From an uncultured Treponemataceae bacterium (lineage in GTDB: Bacteria > Spirochaetota > Spirochaetia > Treponematales > UBA12059): 64,000 nucleotides of DNA. Positions 18,564-27,064 of this stretch are shown piece after piece. Every line of letters begins with the position of its first letter. Within the stretch, counting starts at the first letter, position 1. The notes beneath the pieces were generated by a model, which saw only the letters and a program-made list of their open reading frames with translations, was not told the DNA's origin and searched no databases. The position numbers were made by a program, and so were the translations under genes. The DNA lies in NCBI GenBank assembly GCA_964576835.1, contig CAZNXK010000002.1, positions 13,789 through 77,788 on the forward strand, given 5' to 3'.

Positions 18564-19271
18564 ATGGGAGTATTCGACAGGCTGAAGACGGTTCTATCGT
18601 CAAATATCAACGATATGATCAACAAGGCCGAAAACCCCGAGAAGATGCTCAACCAGCTGGTCATCGACATGAACCAGCAGATGATCGATTCGAAGAAGGC
18701 CGTCGCCATGGCGATAGCCGACGAGAAGAAGCTGGAACGGGATCTCGTTGAGCAGAAGCGGCTTTCAGAGGACTGGGAACGCAAGGCGGTGATCGCCGTC
18801 AAGGCAGCCCGGGACGACCTGGCCAAGGAAGCGTTGCTGCGGAAGCAGGAAGCCGAGACGTACTACCTCCAGCTCAAGCCGCAATGGGAGGGCCAGAAAG
18901 CCTCGGTCGAGAAACTCAAGGACACCCTCAGGCAGCTCCAGAACAAAATCGACGAAGCGTCCCGCAAGAAAAACATACTGTTGGCTCGGGCAAAACGGGC
19001 GGAGGCCCAGCAGAAAATCCAGTCGACGCTGGCGAGCGTGTCGGGCAACACCAGCGCCTTTGATACTTTCGACCGCATGGCAAAGAAGGTCGATGAACTC
19101 GAAGCCCGGGCCGACGCGCAGGCCGAACTCGCGGACCTGTCCCAGTCTTCGTCGCTCGACAAGGAATTCGCCAAGCTCGAATCATCCGGCGCCGGAGCCG
19201 ACATGCTTCTTGAAGACCTCAAGCGCAAGATGATAGGCGACGGATCCACGGAACCGGCTGGCCAGGCGTAG
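18564..19271 (+). CDS. pspA: PspA/IM30 family protein (phage shock protein A-like)
   Basis: 235 aa. The canonical N-terminus is MGVFDRLKTVLSSNINDMINKAENPEKMLNQLVIDMNQQM, followed by long coiled-coil heptads. An AGGAGG RBS is present. Confidence 0.9.
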   Translation: MGVFDRLKTVLSSNINDMINKAENPEKMLNQLVIDMNQQMIDSKKAVAMAIADEKKLERDLVEQKRLSEDWERKAVIAVKAARDDLAKEALLRKQEAETYYLQLKPQWEGQKASVEKLKDTLRQLQNKIDEASRKKNILLARAKRAEAQQKIQSTLASVSGNTSAFDTFDRMAKKVDELEARADAQAELADLSQSSSLDKEFAKLESSGAGADMLLEDLKRKMIGDGSTEPAGQA

Positions 19272-19274
19272 GCA

Positions 19275-19877
19275 ATGCGCCTCCTCTTCGTTGGTGACGA
19301 AGAGGAATACGACAAGGCGGCAACAAGCAGGGAGGACGGATCGCCGTTCTCCCTTTTCTTTTGCGAACGCCCTCCGTCCGGTTCCGGCCGTGACTTCGAC
19401 GCTACCATCGTACCCGCCCTCCGGTTCCTGTCATGGCCCGAGGATCTGGCCCCAGGCATGGTCATAGCCAGCGGCCCTGCCGGCATGGCGTGGGAATGCT
19501 TCGATTCAGGCTGTGATGACTACATCAGGGAGCCATGGACTGAGGCTGAACTACAGGCCCGGGTCCTGGCTCACTCTGGAAGCCGGCTCGAGCTTGAACG
19601 GGGACTGCTGATCGTCGACAAGGGACGACTGTACGGCCCCCGCGGTTCGGCACGTCTTTCCGGCTCAATGCGCGGAATGCTGGTCCTGTTGTCAGGAAAC
19701 AGGGGCCATTCAGTGCCCAGGGCTGCCATCGCCGCGGTAGCCGAACCGGTTCCGGCGGGCGGCAGGGCCATAGACATGCGCATAGCCAGGCTGCGCTCGC
19801 TGCTGCGCGAGGTTGGCGCCCCGGAAATGGCTGACAGGCTCCGTTGCGAACATGGCGGATACCGATTTATTAGTTGA
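19275..19877 (+). CDS. OmpR/PhoB-type winged-helix protein with degenerate (pseudo-)receiver domain
   Basis: 200 aa. The C-terminus is Trans_reg_C-like (LSGSMRGMLVLLSGNRGHSVPRAAI...IDMRIARLRSLL...GGYRF). The N-terminus has receiver-like ends (MRLLFVGDEEE, CDDYIREPWTEAELQARV), but the expected phospho-acceptor position reads FDATIVPAL. It starts 3 nt after the pspA stop. Confidence 0.7.
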   Translation: MRLLFVGDEEEYDKAATSREDGSPFSLFFCERPPSGSGRDFDATIVPALRFLSWPEDLAPGMVIASGPAGMAWECFDSGCDDYIREPWTEAELQARVLAHSGSRLELERGLLIVDKGRLYGPRGSARLSGSMRGMLVLLSGNRGHSVPRAAIAAVAEPVPAGGRAIDMRIARLRSLLREVGAPEMADRLRCEHGGYRFIS

Positions 19878-20219
19878 CATTCCAGACTTTACTGGTTCTT
19901 GTCCAAGACTGTGGATAACCTGTTCATTGTTTGTGACGACTTTGCACTGAACGAAAAAGATCGTATAAAAAAAGGCACATATCTGTATACTTTTGGCACA
20001 AATTTCGACAACTCATTTTATTTCTTTTTGATATAAGTATTTGCATTTTCGAATATGGAATTATTTTAGAACATGGCTCACCGAAGCTCCAAAAGCTCAA
20101 AAAACGACAGTGACGGAATCAACATGCTCATGTGGACAACTTGTGCAAAAAGAAATGAATGACGAGAGGTTATGCCATCTGGCTTGTCAAGTGCCATATC
20201 GCGTGCTACTGTTTGACCG
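19878..20219. promoter_or_regulatory. AT-rich 342-bp intergenic island with DnaA-box-like 9-mers and a partial sigma-54 -24 element
   Basis: TGTGGATAA (19910-19918) is the perfect complement of TTATCCACA. TGTGGACAA (20131-20139) is the complement of TTGTCCACA. Weaker boxes are TTGTCCAAG (19899-19907) and TTGTGCAAA (20141-20149). A very AT-rich run spans ~20013-20075. TGGCAC-N5-TCGA lies at 19994-20008. Confidence 0.4.
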
Positions 20220-20906
20220 ATGAAAAATCTGCCCCGGGTAATCGTCCGTTTCATCTCCACCTTCCTTGTCGCGGGAATATGCATTTCTGCAGTCTGGATG
20301 ACGGAAGCGCTGCTCGGCAGTCATGAAACCAGCTTCATACCGGCAATTCTCGGACTCGCCGTTGCTGCGATACCGGCAGCGGTCGTCGTTGCGGTATTCT
20401 TGCTGTTTTTTATCATGAACAGGCTTTATTCCTCGCGTCTCTTTGGATACCCCGTCATCATTTCGCTTGCGCTGCTGGCACTTGGCGGCCCCGCCCTCAT
20501 CGTGCGTTTCATCGATCTGCCGCAGTCCCTCCGGGCCGAAGCGTTGCCGCTTGCCTACCGCCCGGTCGCGGCCTGGTTCAATGAAACGGCGCGAGCGCCC
20601 TGGCCCGAGTTCGCTGCCGGGCTGGCCTCATTCGCCGCTTTATCGTCCGCATTCTGGGGAATCACGCGCCTCTCGAGGAGCAGGCCCATCATGGGAGCCT
20701 TTCTTGCTCCAAATGGCGTGTTGGCAGTCCTGTACCTGTTTTCAATCTACCTCTCCGGCCCGGCGGACGCGGCGTTCTCGCTAGCCGGACTCTCCTTGCC
20801 GCGCGTCTTGTCGACAGCCGCGCTCGCCGCCGCAAGCGCGCTGGCCCTCATCATCGCGGATGCGTTGATAGCCAGGAAGCCAGAGGGGGGCCGTCTCCAT
20901 GGCTGA
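20220..20906 (+). CDS. Polytopic membrane protein, hypothetical
   Basis: 228 aa with about six hydrophobic segments (FISTFLVAGICISAVW, AILGLAVAAIPAAVVVAVFLLFFI, VIISLALLALGGPALIV and others). No family recognised. Confidence 0.6.
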   Translation: MKNLPRVIVRFISTFLVAGICISAVWMTEALLGSHETSFIPAILGLAVAAIPAAVVVAVFLLFFIMNRLYSSRLFGYPVIISLALLALGGPALIVRFIDLPQSLRAEALPLAYRPVAAWFNETARAPWPEFAAGLASFAALSSAFWGITRLSRSRPIMGAFLAPNGVLAVLYLFSIYLSGPADAAFSLAGLSLPRVLSTAALAAASALALIIADALIARKPEGGRLHG

Positions 20907-22575
20907 GCGAAAAACGGGTTTCATGGGAGTCGCAGTCTCCCTGCTTGCGCTGGCATATTTGGGAGGGTTCGCCGTAGCCCTCGCCTCCATAGGAAAATCG
21001 GGAGTACTCTACAGGTTCGCCATACCGTGGGAATCGACCCGCGCGTTGCTGTACCTGGCGGCCTGGGCCCCTGCCATCCTGCTCGTGGCGTCCGCGATAG
21101 CGATGGAGTCGTCCGATGCCGTCGACGGCTTCTCCGAGGCGGCCTATGGAGTGCTGACGCCTGCACTGGTTCTAGCAACCATAATCTCCATTTTCTATCT
21201 TCTCGTCGTGCCGCGTCTCCAGGAGAACTCGAATCGCTACGAGAGCCAGAGCGCCCTTTTTACCGTTTCACTCGAGCTCGCCGAGACCGCGCTGCGCTCT
21301 GGTGCCCTCGATGCGGCCGAGCGGAACCTGCGGGCATGCGCTGCGATCGACGCGCGTGACGAGCGGTACATGGCGCTCAACGACCGCGTGCAGTCGGCGC
21401 TGGTCAAGGCTGACGCAGCGGAAGCGGATGCCGCCGCGCGACTGGCTCTGGGGCAGGCACGTGAAACCGCTTCGTCCTGGGCCACAGGCAACCGTTTCTA
21501 CCTTGAAGCGCTCAAAGCCAGGGATGAAGGCCGCGTCTTCGATGCCCATTATCTCGCCAAGCGGTCGTTCGCCATCTATTCAAAGCGCCCGGAAGTCAAA
21601 CGGCTCGTCGATGAAACCTGGCGCGCGCTCGGACAGTTAAGCCCGTCCGCGGAAGAACTCAACGCGGCCGCGTATTACGGTCGCAAGCTTGAAGGATACA
21701 CGCGCTTCCAGGAAGGTGATTACCTGGAAGCATACCGGATCTATTCCGAGCTGGCGCTCGAAGACCGTGATGACGTCGATGCCAAGACCTGGCTTGCCAG
21801 GAGCGCTGACGCGTTGTCGACCATCGCCTTCTTCATCGAGGAGGACGAGCACGCGTTCTCACGTTCGGACGAGCGGGCATTCTCGATGGCGGTATCCGGT
21901 TCGGGAGACTGGACCGTGCGGCTCAGCGCATCACGAGCCGCCATCTCGGACGATGCAGTCTATTTCAGGGACTTGGTCTTGACGAGGAGCGGCGCAGAGC
22001 CGCTGACTGTCAGCGCCCCGTTTGCCAGGCTGCACGGAAACCTGCTGGTGCTCAAGGCGGTCAACAGGCTCGACGCCAGAATTCTTGGCAGCCCGAGATA
22101 CGATTCGGGCGCGCCCGGCAACGCGCAGAGGCTTCCGTTCGACCAGAACGACGCAGCCACCGTCCTGAGACTGTCCGGCGATCCGGCGGATGTGCCGCTG
22201 GCGCTGCTGGCGACAGGTATCGACGACGCGGAGCGCTTCGGCCTGGAAGCCGAGCCGCTGCGGACGGAACTGGCCAGCCGCGCGGCCTACCCGTTCTCGG
22301 TCCTGATGCTGGCGCTCATCGGCGCAGGCCTGGGCGTCAGGTTCAAGCCTACCGAGAAGCCTGGCGCCACCATGAAGTACCTGACCGCGCCGATCCTCGT
22401 GGCGCTCGCCATCGGGCCGCTCCGCATGGTCGCCGGCGTTGCGTTGATCGCTGCCCGCGGCGTCGCGGCGCTCGTTCCCGGCTCAATGCTCCTGCCTGCC
22501 TGGCTGGGTTTCCTGGGCCTGTGCGTCGCGGCCAGCCTGCTCGTCGCCGCGCGCATCGCCGGCTCGTCGCGCTGA
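20899..22575 (+). CDS. Membrane protein with 3+3 transmembrane topology around a large soluble insert (LptF/LptG-like topology, tentative)
   Basis: 558 aa, with an 8-nt overlap with the upstream gene. It has three N-terminal and three C-terminal hydrophobic helices. The centre is helical and TPR-like (YLEALKARDEGRVFDAHYLAKRSFAIY, YGRKLEGYTRFQEGDYLEAYRIYSELA), followed by a beta-rich part. Confidence 0.65.
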   Translation: MAERKTGFMGVAVSLLALAYLGGFAVALASIGKSGVLYRFAIPWESTRALLYLAAWAPAILLVASAIAMESSDAVDGFSEAAYGVLTPALVLATIISIFYLLVVPRLQENSNRYESQSALFTVSLELAETALRSGALDAAERNLRACAAIDARDERYMALNDRVQSALVKADAAEADAAARLALGQARETASSWATGNRFYLEALKARDEGRVFDAHYLAKRSFAIYSKRPEVKRLVDETWRALGQLSPSAEELNAAAYYGRKLEGYTRFQEGDYLEAYRIYSELALEDRDDVDAKTWLARSADALSTIAFFIEEDEHAFSRSDERAFSMAVSGSGDWTVRLSASRAAISDDAVYFRDLVLTRSGAEPLTVSAPFARLHGNLLVLKAVNRLDARILGSPRYDSGAPGNAQRLPFDQNDAATVLRLSGDPADVPLALLATGIDDAERFGLEAEPLRTELASRAAYPFSVLMLALIGAGLGVRFKPTEKPGATMKYLTAPILVALAIGPLRMVAGVALIAARGVAALVPGSMLLPAWLGFLGLCVAASLLVAARIAGSSR

Positions 22576-22592
22576 GCGGCTCCAGTCGCCGG

Positions 22593-23873
22593 CTATTCGT
22601 CGAGCCGCTCGATCCTTGCGCCGAGAACCTGGAGTCGCTCGGCGATGCGCTCGTAACCTCGTTCTATCTGGTAGACGTTCTTGATGGTGCTGACGCCTTC
22701 CGCGCACAGAGCCGCGATCACGAGGGCCATGCCAGCCCTGACGTCGGGCGACGTCAGCGAGTCACCCTGCAGCCTGGCCGGGCCAGAAACCACGGCACGG
22801 TGCGGATCGCACAGCACTATCCGCGCGCCCATTCCGATGAGCTTGTCCACCCAGAACATCCTCGATTCGAACATCTTCTCGTGGATGAGTATCGTGCCTT
22901 CTACCTGCGTCGCGACGACGGTCATGATGGAGGTAAGGTCAGGAGGGAAGCCGGGCCAGGGGGCGTCATCTATCTTCGGGATCTGGCCACCGAGGTCCGA
23001 GACGACGCGCATCGTCTGGCCGGGATGCACCGACAGGTCGCTTCCTTCCAGGCTCCAGGCTATGCCGAGCCGGCCGAAGGCGAGCTTCATCATTCGGAGG
23101 TCCGCGGGAATTACGCCTTCCACCACCAGATCGCCTCGCGTCACGGCGGCAAGTCCTATGAACGAGCCTATCTCCATGTAATCGGGACCTATCGTGAAAT
23201 CCGCCCCATGGAGCGACTGTGCTCCTTCTACCGCCAGGATATTGGAGCCAATGCCGGAAATGCCGGCTCCCATGGCGTTGAGCAGCCTGCAGACGTCCTG
23301 GACGTGCGGCTCGCTCGCAGCGTTGCCTATGACGGTACGGCCTTCCGCAATCGACGCGGCCATCACCGCGTTCTCCGTAGCCGTCACCGACGCCTCGTCG
23401 AGGAAAATATCGGAGCCCTTGAGCTTGTTGGCCGTGAACTGGAAGGCGCCATCGACCTCGATGCGCGCGCCTAACTCCTCGAGCGCCAGGAAATGGGTGT
23501 CAAGGCGTCGGCGGCCTATCACGTCGCCACCGGGCGGAGGCAGCGTCACCTTGCCGAACCTGGCCAGGAGCGGCCCTGCGAACAATATCGAAGCGCGGAC
23601 CTTGGCCGCGAGCCCGGCGGGTATGTCCGCCCCCTTGACGCCTGAGCCGTCGATCCTCCAGGCATTCCGGTCCAGCCTCTCGACGCCAGCGCCCAGGGCG
23701 CGGCATATGTCGAGCATCACGAGGACATCCTCGATCTCGGGAATGTTCCGCAGGGTAACCGGCTCTTCCGAAAGGAGGGAAGCCGCGATGCACGGCAATG
23801 CGGCATTCTTGTTGCCGCTCGCGCGGATCCTGCCCTTGAGCGGATGACCACCTTCGATACGGTATTGGTACAT
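22593..23873 (-). CDS. murA: UDP-N-acetylglucosamine 1-carboxyvinyltransferase
   Basis: 426 aa, with the N-terminus GGHPLKGRIRASGNKNAALPCIAASLL. The length and EPSP-synthase-fold repeats are typical of MurA. Confidence 0.92.
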   Translation of the reverse strand: MYQYRIEGGHPLKGRIRASGNKNAALPCIAASLLSEEPVTLRNIPEIEDVLVMLDICRALGAGVERLDRNAWRIDGSGVKGADIPAGLAAKVRASILFAGPLLARFGKVTLPPPGGDVIGRRRLDTHFLALEELGARIEVDGAFQFTANKLKGSDIFLDEASVTATENAVMAASIAEGRTVIGNAASEPHVQDVCRLLNAMGAGISGIGSNILAVEGAQSLHGADFTIGPDYMEIGSFIGLAAVTRGDLVVEGVIPADLRMMKLAFGRLGIAWSLEGSDLSVHPGQTMRVVSDLGGQIPKIDDAPWPGFPPDLTSIMTVVATQVEGTILIHEKMFESRMFWVDKLIGMGARIVLCDPHRAVVSGPARLQGDSLTSPDVRAGMALVIAALCAEGVSTIKNVYQIERGYERIAERLQVLGARIERLDE

Positions 23874-24026
23874 GATGGCATCCTATCGGGGCCGTCGATT
23901 GTCGTCAACGCCGTACGCGATGCGGCCGCCTGGTCGAAGCCGTTTGACCCGGAACTCATTGGGCACTACCTTTGTCGGACGGGCATGTGCACCGGCGCGC
24001 GCGGCCCCAAGCCACAAGGAGGCTCC

Positions 24027-25790
24027 ATGTCGATACAGAGAGTGAAACCGGTTCCAAGTGATATCGAGATCGCACAGGCCGCGACAATACGCCCGATCGT
24101 CCAGGTAGCCGCGAAGTATGGAATAGAAGAAGACTGCATCGATCACTTCGGCAAGTACAAAGCCAAGGTACGCCTCGAGTTCCTTAAAAAAAACGAAAAC
24201 CTGCCAAAACGGGCAAAATACATCGATGTCACGGCAATTACCCCGACTCCGCTGGGCGAGGGCAAGACGACCACGACCGTGGGACTGACCCAGGGCCTTG
24301 GCCGCTTGGGCAAACTAGCCATAGCCGCCATCCGCCAGCCGTCCATGGGACCAACCTTCGGCATCAAGGGCGGCGCCGCGGGCGGCGGCTACAGCCAGAT
24401 CGTCCCGATGGAGGATTTCAACTTGCACCTTACCGGCGACATTCATGCCGTCGCCGCCGCGCACAACCTCTGCGCGGCCGGACTCGACGCCAGGATGTAC
24501 CATGAAGGCCGCTGGTCTGATTCCTTCTTCGAGAAACAGGGAATGAAAAAACTCGACATCGATCCGTACCAGGTGCTGTGGCGCCGCGTCGTCGACATGA
24601 ACGACAGGCCGCTCCGCAACATCGTTCTTGGAGTCGGAGGCGTCGACAACGGCCCACTCCGCCAGAGCGGCTTCGACATAGCAGTAGCCAGCGAAGTGAT
24701 GGCCATCCTGGCGCTCGCCAAGGACCTTGGCGATCTCCGGGCGCGCATGGGAAAGATAATCCTCGCGATAGACAGGCAGGGCAAGGCGGTAACCACCGAG
24801 GACCTGGGCATTGCCGGGGCGATGACCATCCTGCTCAAGGACGCCATCAAGCCGAACATCCTGCAGACGCTGGAGGAACAGCTGGCATTCGTCCATGCCG
24901 GTCCGTTCGCCAACATAGCGCACGGAAACTCGTCGGTTGTTGCCGACATCATCGCTACCAAGATAGGCGATTACGTCGTCACCGAAAGCGGCTTCGGCGC
25001 CGACATGGGTTTCGAGAAATTCGTCGACATCAAGTGCCGGACGAGCGGCCTCTTCCCCGACGCGGCTGTCATCGTCGTTACGGTCAGGGCGCTCAAGATG
25101 CACGGCGGAGGACCGAAGGTATCGCCTGGCAAGCCGCTCGCGAAAGCGTACGTCGAAGAGAACGTCGAATTGGTCAAGCAAGGGCTGCCGAACATGATCG
25201 CCCACCTCGGCATAGTCAGGAAATTCGGGGTACCGTCGGTCGTCGCGATAAACGCCTTCCCGACGGATACCGAAGCCGAATGGGGCGTCATCAAGGAAGC
25301 CGCCATCAAGGCAGGCGCGACCGCTGCCGTCGTCACCAGGAACTGGGCAGAGGGCGGAGACGGCGCGGTAGAGCTTGCCGAAGCCGTCGTAAAGGCTGCC
25401 GAGCGGCCGAGCAGCGTCGAGCCCTTTTATCCGCTTGACCTGTCCATCAAGGAAAAGATCGAGAGAATCGCGCGCGAGGTCTACGGAGCGGAACACGTCG
25501 CGTACTCCGCCGAAGCCGACAAGGCGATAGACAAATTCGGTGAACTCGGGTTCGAACGCCTGCCGATATGCATGGCCAAGACGCAATACTCGCTGTCGCA
25601 CGATCCGGCGGTCAAGGGAGCGCCGAAGGGCTTCATCTTCCCGGTCAACGACGTGCGCATCGCGGCGGGCGCCGGCTTCATCTACCCGCTGTCGGGGGAA
25701 ATCAACACCATGCCAGGCCTGTCAAGCAAGCCGGGGTACATGGGCATGGACATAGACACCGACACCGGCCGCATCATCGGCTTGTCCTGA
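24027..25790 (+). CDS. fhs: Formate--tetrahydrofolate ligase
   Basis: Has MSIQRVKPVPSDIEIAQAA...ITPTPLGEGKTTTTVGL (P-loop) and PICMAKTQYSLSHD. AAGGAGG lies 5 nt upstream of the ATG at 24027, so the track ORF start at 23844 is rejected. Confidence 0.92.
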   Translation: MSIQRVKPVPSDIEIAQAATIRPIVQVAAKYGIEEDCIDHFGKYKAKVRLEFLKKNENLPKRAKYIDVTAITPTPLGEGKTTTTVGLTQGLGRLGKLAIAAIRQPSMGPTFGIKGGAAGGGYSQIVPMEDFNLHLTGDIHAVAAAHNLCAAGLDARMYHEGRWSDSFFEKQGMKKLDIDPYQVLWRRVVDMNDRPLRNIVLGVGGVDNGPLRQSGFDIAVASEVMAILALAKDLGDLRARMGKIILAIDRQGKAVTTEDLGIAGAMTILLKDAIKPNILQTLEEQLAFVHAGPFANIAHGNSSVVADIIATKIGDYVVTESGFGADMGFEKFVDIKCRTSGLFPDAAVIVVTVRALKMHGGGPKVSPGKPLAKAYVEENVELVKQGLPNMIAHLGIVRKFGVPSVVAINAFPTDTEAEWGVIKEAAIKAGATAAVVTRNWAEGGDGAVELAEAVVKAAERPSSVEPFYPLDLSIKEKIERIAREVYGAEHVAYSAEADKAIDKFGELGFERLPICMAKTQYSLSHDPAVKGAPKGFIFPVNDVRIAAGAGFIYPLSGEINTMPGLSSKPGYMGMDIDTDTGRIIGLS

Positions 25791-25802
25791 TACGAAATAA
25801 GA

Positions 25803-25923
25803 CCGTGGAGGCACGGAGTCAGGACATGCATGGAGAGTGGATGAAGGAATTCGAGCATGATGAAGTAGTTCTGATCCTGAACTTTCATTCTCTCAATCTT
25901 TGCACTTCTTCTCCGTGTCTCTC
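25803..25923. repeat. MITE-like intergenic repeat, copy A (shorter/degenerate)
   Basis: Runs CCGTGGAGGCACGGAG ... ATGGAGAGTGGATGAAGGAAT ... CTTTCATTCTCTC ... CTTCTTCTCCGTGTCTCTC. It has the same block order as copy B at 27065-27213 and lower GC than the flanks. It lies between the convergent fhs and polyprenyl synthase genes. Confidence 0.6.
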
Positions 25924-26045
25924 TTTCATTATTTTCTGGTATTTTTTATGTAACCCAAGAGGCGGTCGAGGAGGATTTTCGGGTCGATTCCTGCAAGGGT
26001 GATGCAGCAGGCCAGTTCTGCCCGGCATTCAAGGCGTGATCCGCC

Positions 26046-27008
26046 TCAGGATTTGCGCGACAAGAGTCGTTCTACCGTGGTGTGCAGGTCGTCGCGGGCG
26101 CTTCCCTTCGGCAACCTGGAGAGTTCCCTCATAGCCCGACCGGTATACGCTGACGCCAGGGCCTTGGCTGAATCCAGTGCGCCTGATTCCCTGACAGCCT
26201 CGACTATCGCCGCTACCGCTTCGTCATCAGGCTTGGTCGCTCCCAGACGTAGCAGGATGCGCGCAGGGTCCGCTCGCATCGCAAGGATCAGCGGCAACGT
26301 GCAGAGCCCCTCGCGTACATCCTTGGCCACTGGCTTTCGCATGTCGCATGGATTTGACTCATAATCCAGCACGTCGTCCATGATCTGAAAGGCCATGCCT
26401 GCGGCGTATCCCGCCCGGGTCAAGGCCGCGATATTGGCGGGGGAGGCCCTGGTCTCCACGGCGCCGGCGCGAAGGGCCAGCGAGAACAGCGCTGCGGTCT
26501 TGCCTGCGATCTTGCGCAGGTAATTACGTTTGCTCCTTGGCCACTTGAACCGATCAAGGTCCTGATGTATCTCTTCCGAGCACAAGGCGCCTATCAGGGC
26601 TGCCAGGAGTCTCGCGTTGCCGGGGCTGGAACTGTCAGAAGCGAGCCTGAAGCAGCGCGAGAACAGCCAGTCGCCCGCGAGGACCGCCTCTTTCGGCGAA
26701 TACAGGGAATGTATCGTCGGGATGCCGCGCCTGGTATCCGCCTCGTCGATGACGTCATCGTGGATGAGTGTCGCGATGTGCAGGAGCTCTATGGCGGCGG
26801 CGAGGTCCGTGAGGTCCCTGGGACGCTTGCCGAATCGTCCCGCCATGATGAGGAAGGCTGGCCTGAGCATCTTGCCGTTGGCGTCGATGAGTCGCTCAAC
26901 CGCTGCGGCAAGCGGGAATCGATCCGAGCCGACCACGGACTTCATGCGTCCGCGGACCGCGTCAAGCCTTGCCGGGATATCGGGGATGCCGTTCCAGAAA
27001 TCTGTCAT
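26046..27008 (-). CDS. Polyprenyl diphosphate synthase (trans-IPPS; IspB/HepT-like)
   Basis: 320 aa. First Asp-rich motif LIHDDVIDEADTRRG; second motif FQIMDDVLD. Confidence 0.88.
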   Translation of the reverse strand: MTDFWNGIPDIPARLDAVRGRMKSVVGSDRFPLAAAVERLIDANGKMLRPAFLIMAGRFGKRPRDLTDLAAAIELLHIATLIHDDVIDEADTRRGIPTIHSLYSPKEAVLAGDWLFSRCFRLASDSSSPGNARLLAALIGALCSEEIHQDLDRFKWPRSKRNYLRKIAGKTAALFSLALRAGAVETRASPANIAALTRAGYAAGMAFQIMDDVLDYESNPCDMRKPVAKDVREGLCTLPLILAMRADPARILLRLGATKPDDEAVAAIVEAVRESGALDSAKALASAYTGRAMRELSRLPKGSARDDLHTTVERLLSRKS

Positions 27009-27064
27009 CGTCTATTCGGCTCGTTTCACTGGTCTTGGTTCGCAAGTCACTACCAAAAGGCGAA

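Noticed and set aside
20041-20284. 60-aa (+) and 68-aa (-) ORFs inside the AT-rich island
   Set aside because: Their composition is unlike the coding regions of this genome, they lack an RBS and they overlap each other. They are most likely non-coding.
23874-24026. Possible ZTP (pfl) or THF riboswitch upstream of fhs, prompted by GCCGCCUGG at ~23925
   Set aside because: The conserved 5' subdomain (GACUGGCG with its pseudoknot partner) is absent, and no convincing P1-P3 architecture can be drawn. This is also a divergent promoter region shared with murA. Only an Rfam cmsearch could revive the idea.
24315-25601. 428-aa minus-strand ORF, and the 286-aa +2-frame ORF (24578..25438), over fhs
   Set aside because: Both overlap a highly recognisable formate-THF ligase. 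The alternative frames are Arg-rich low-complexity.
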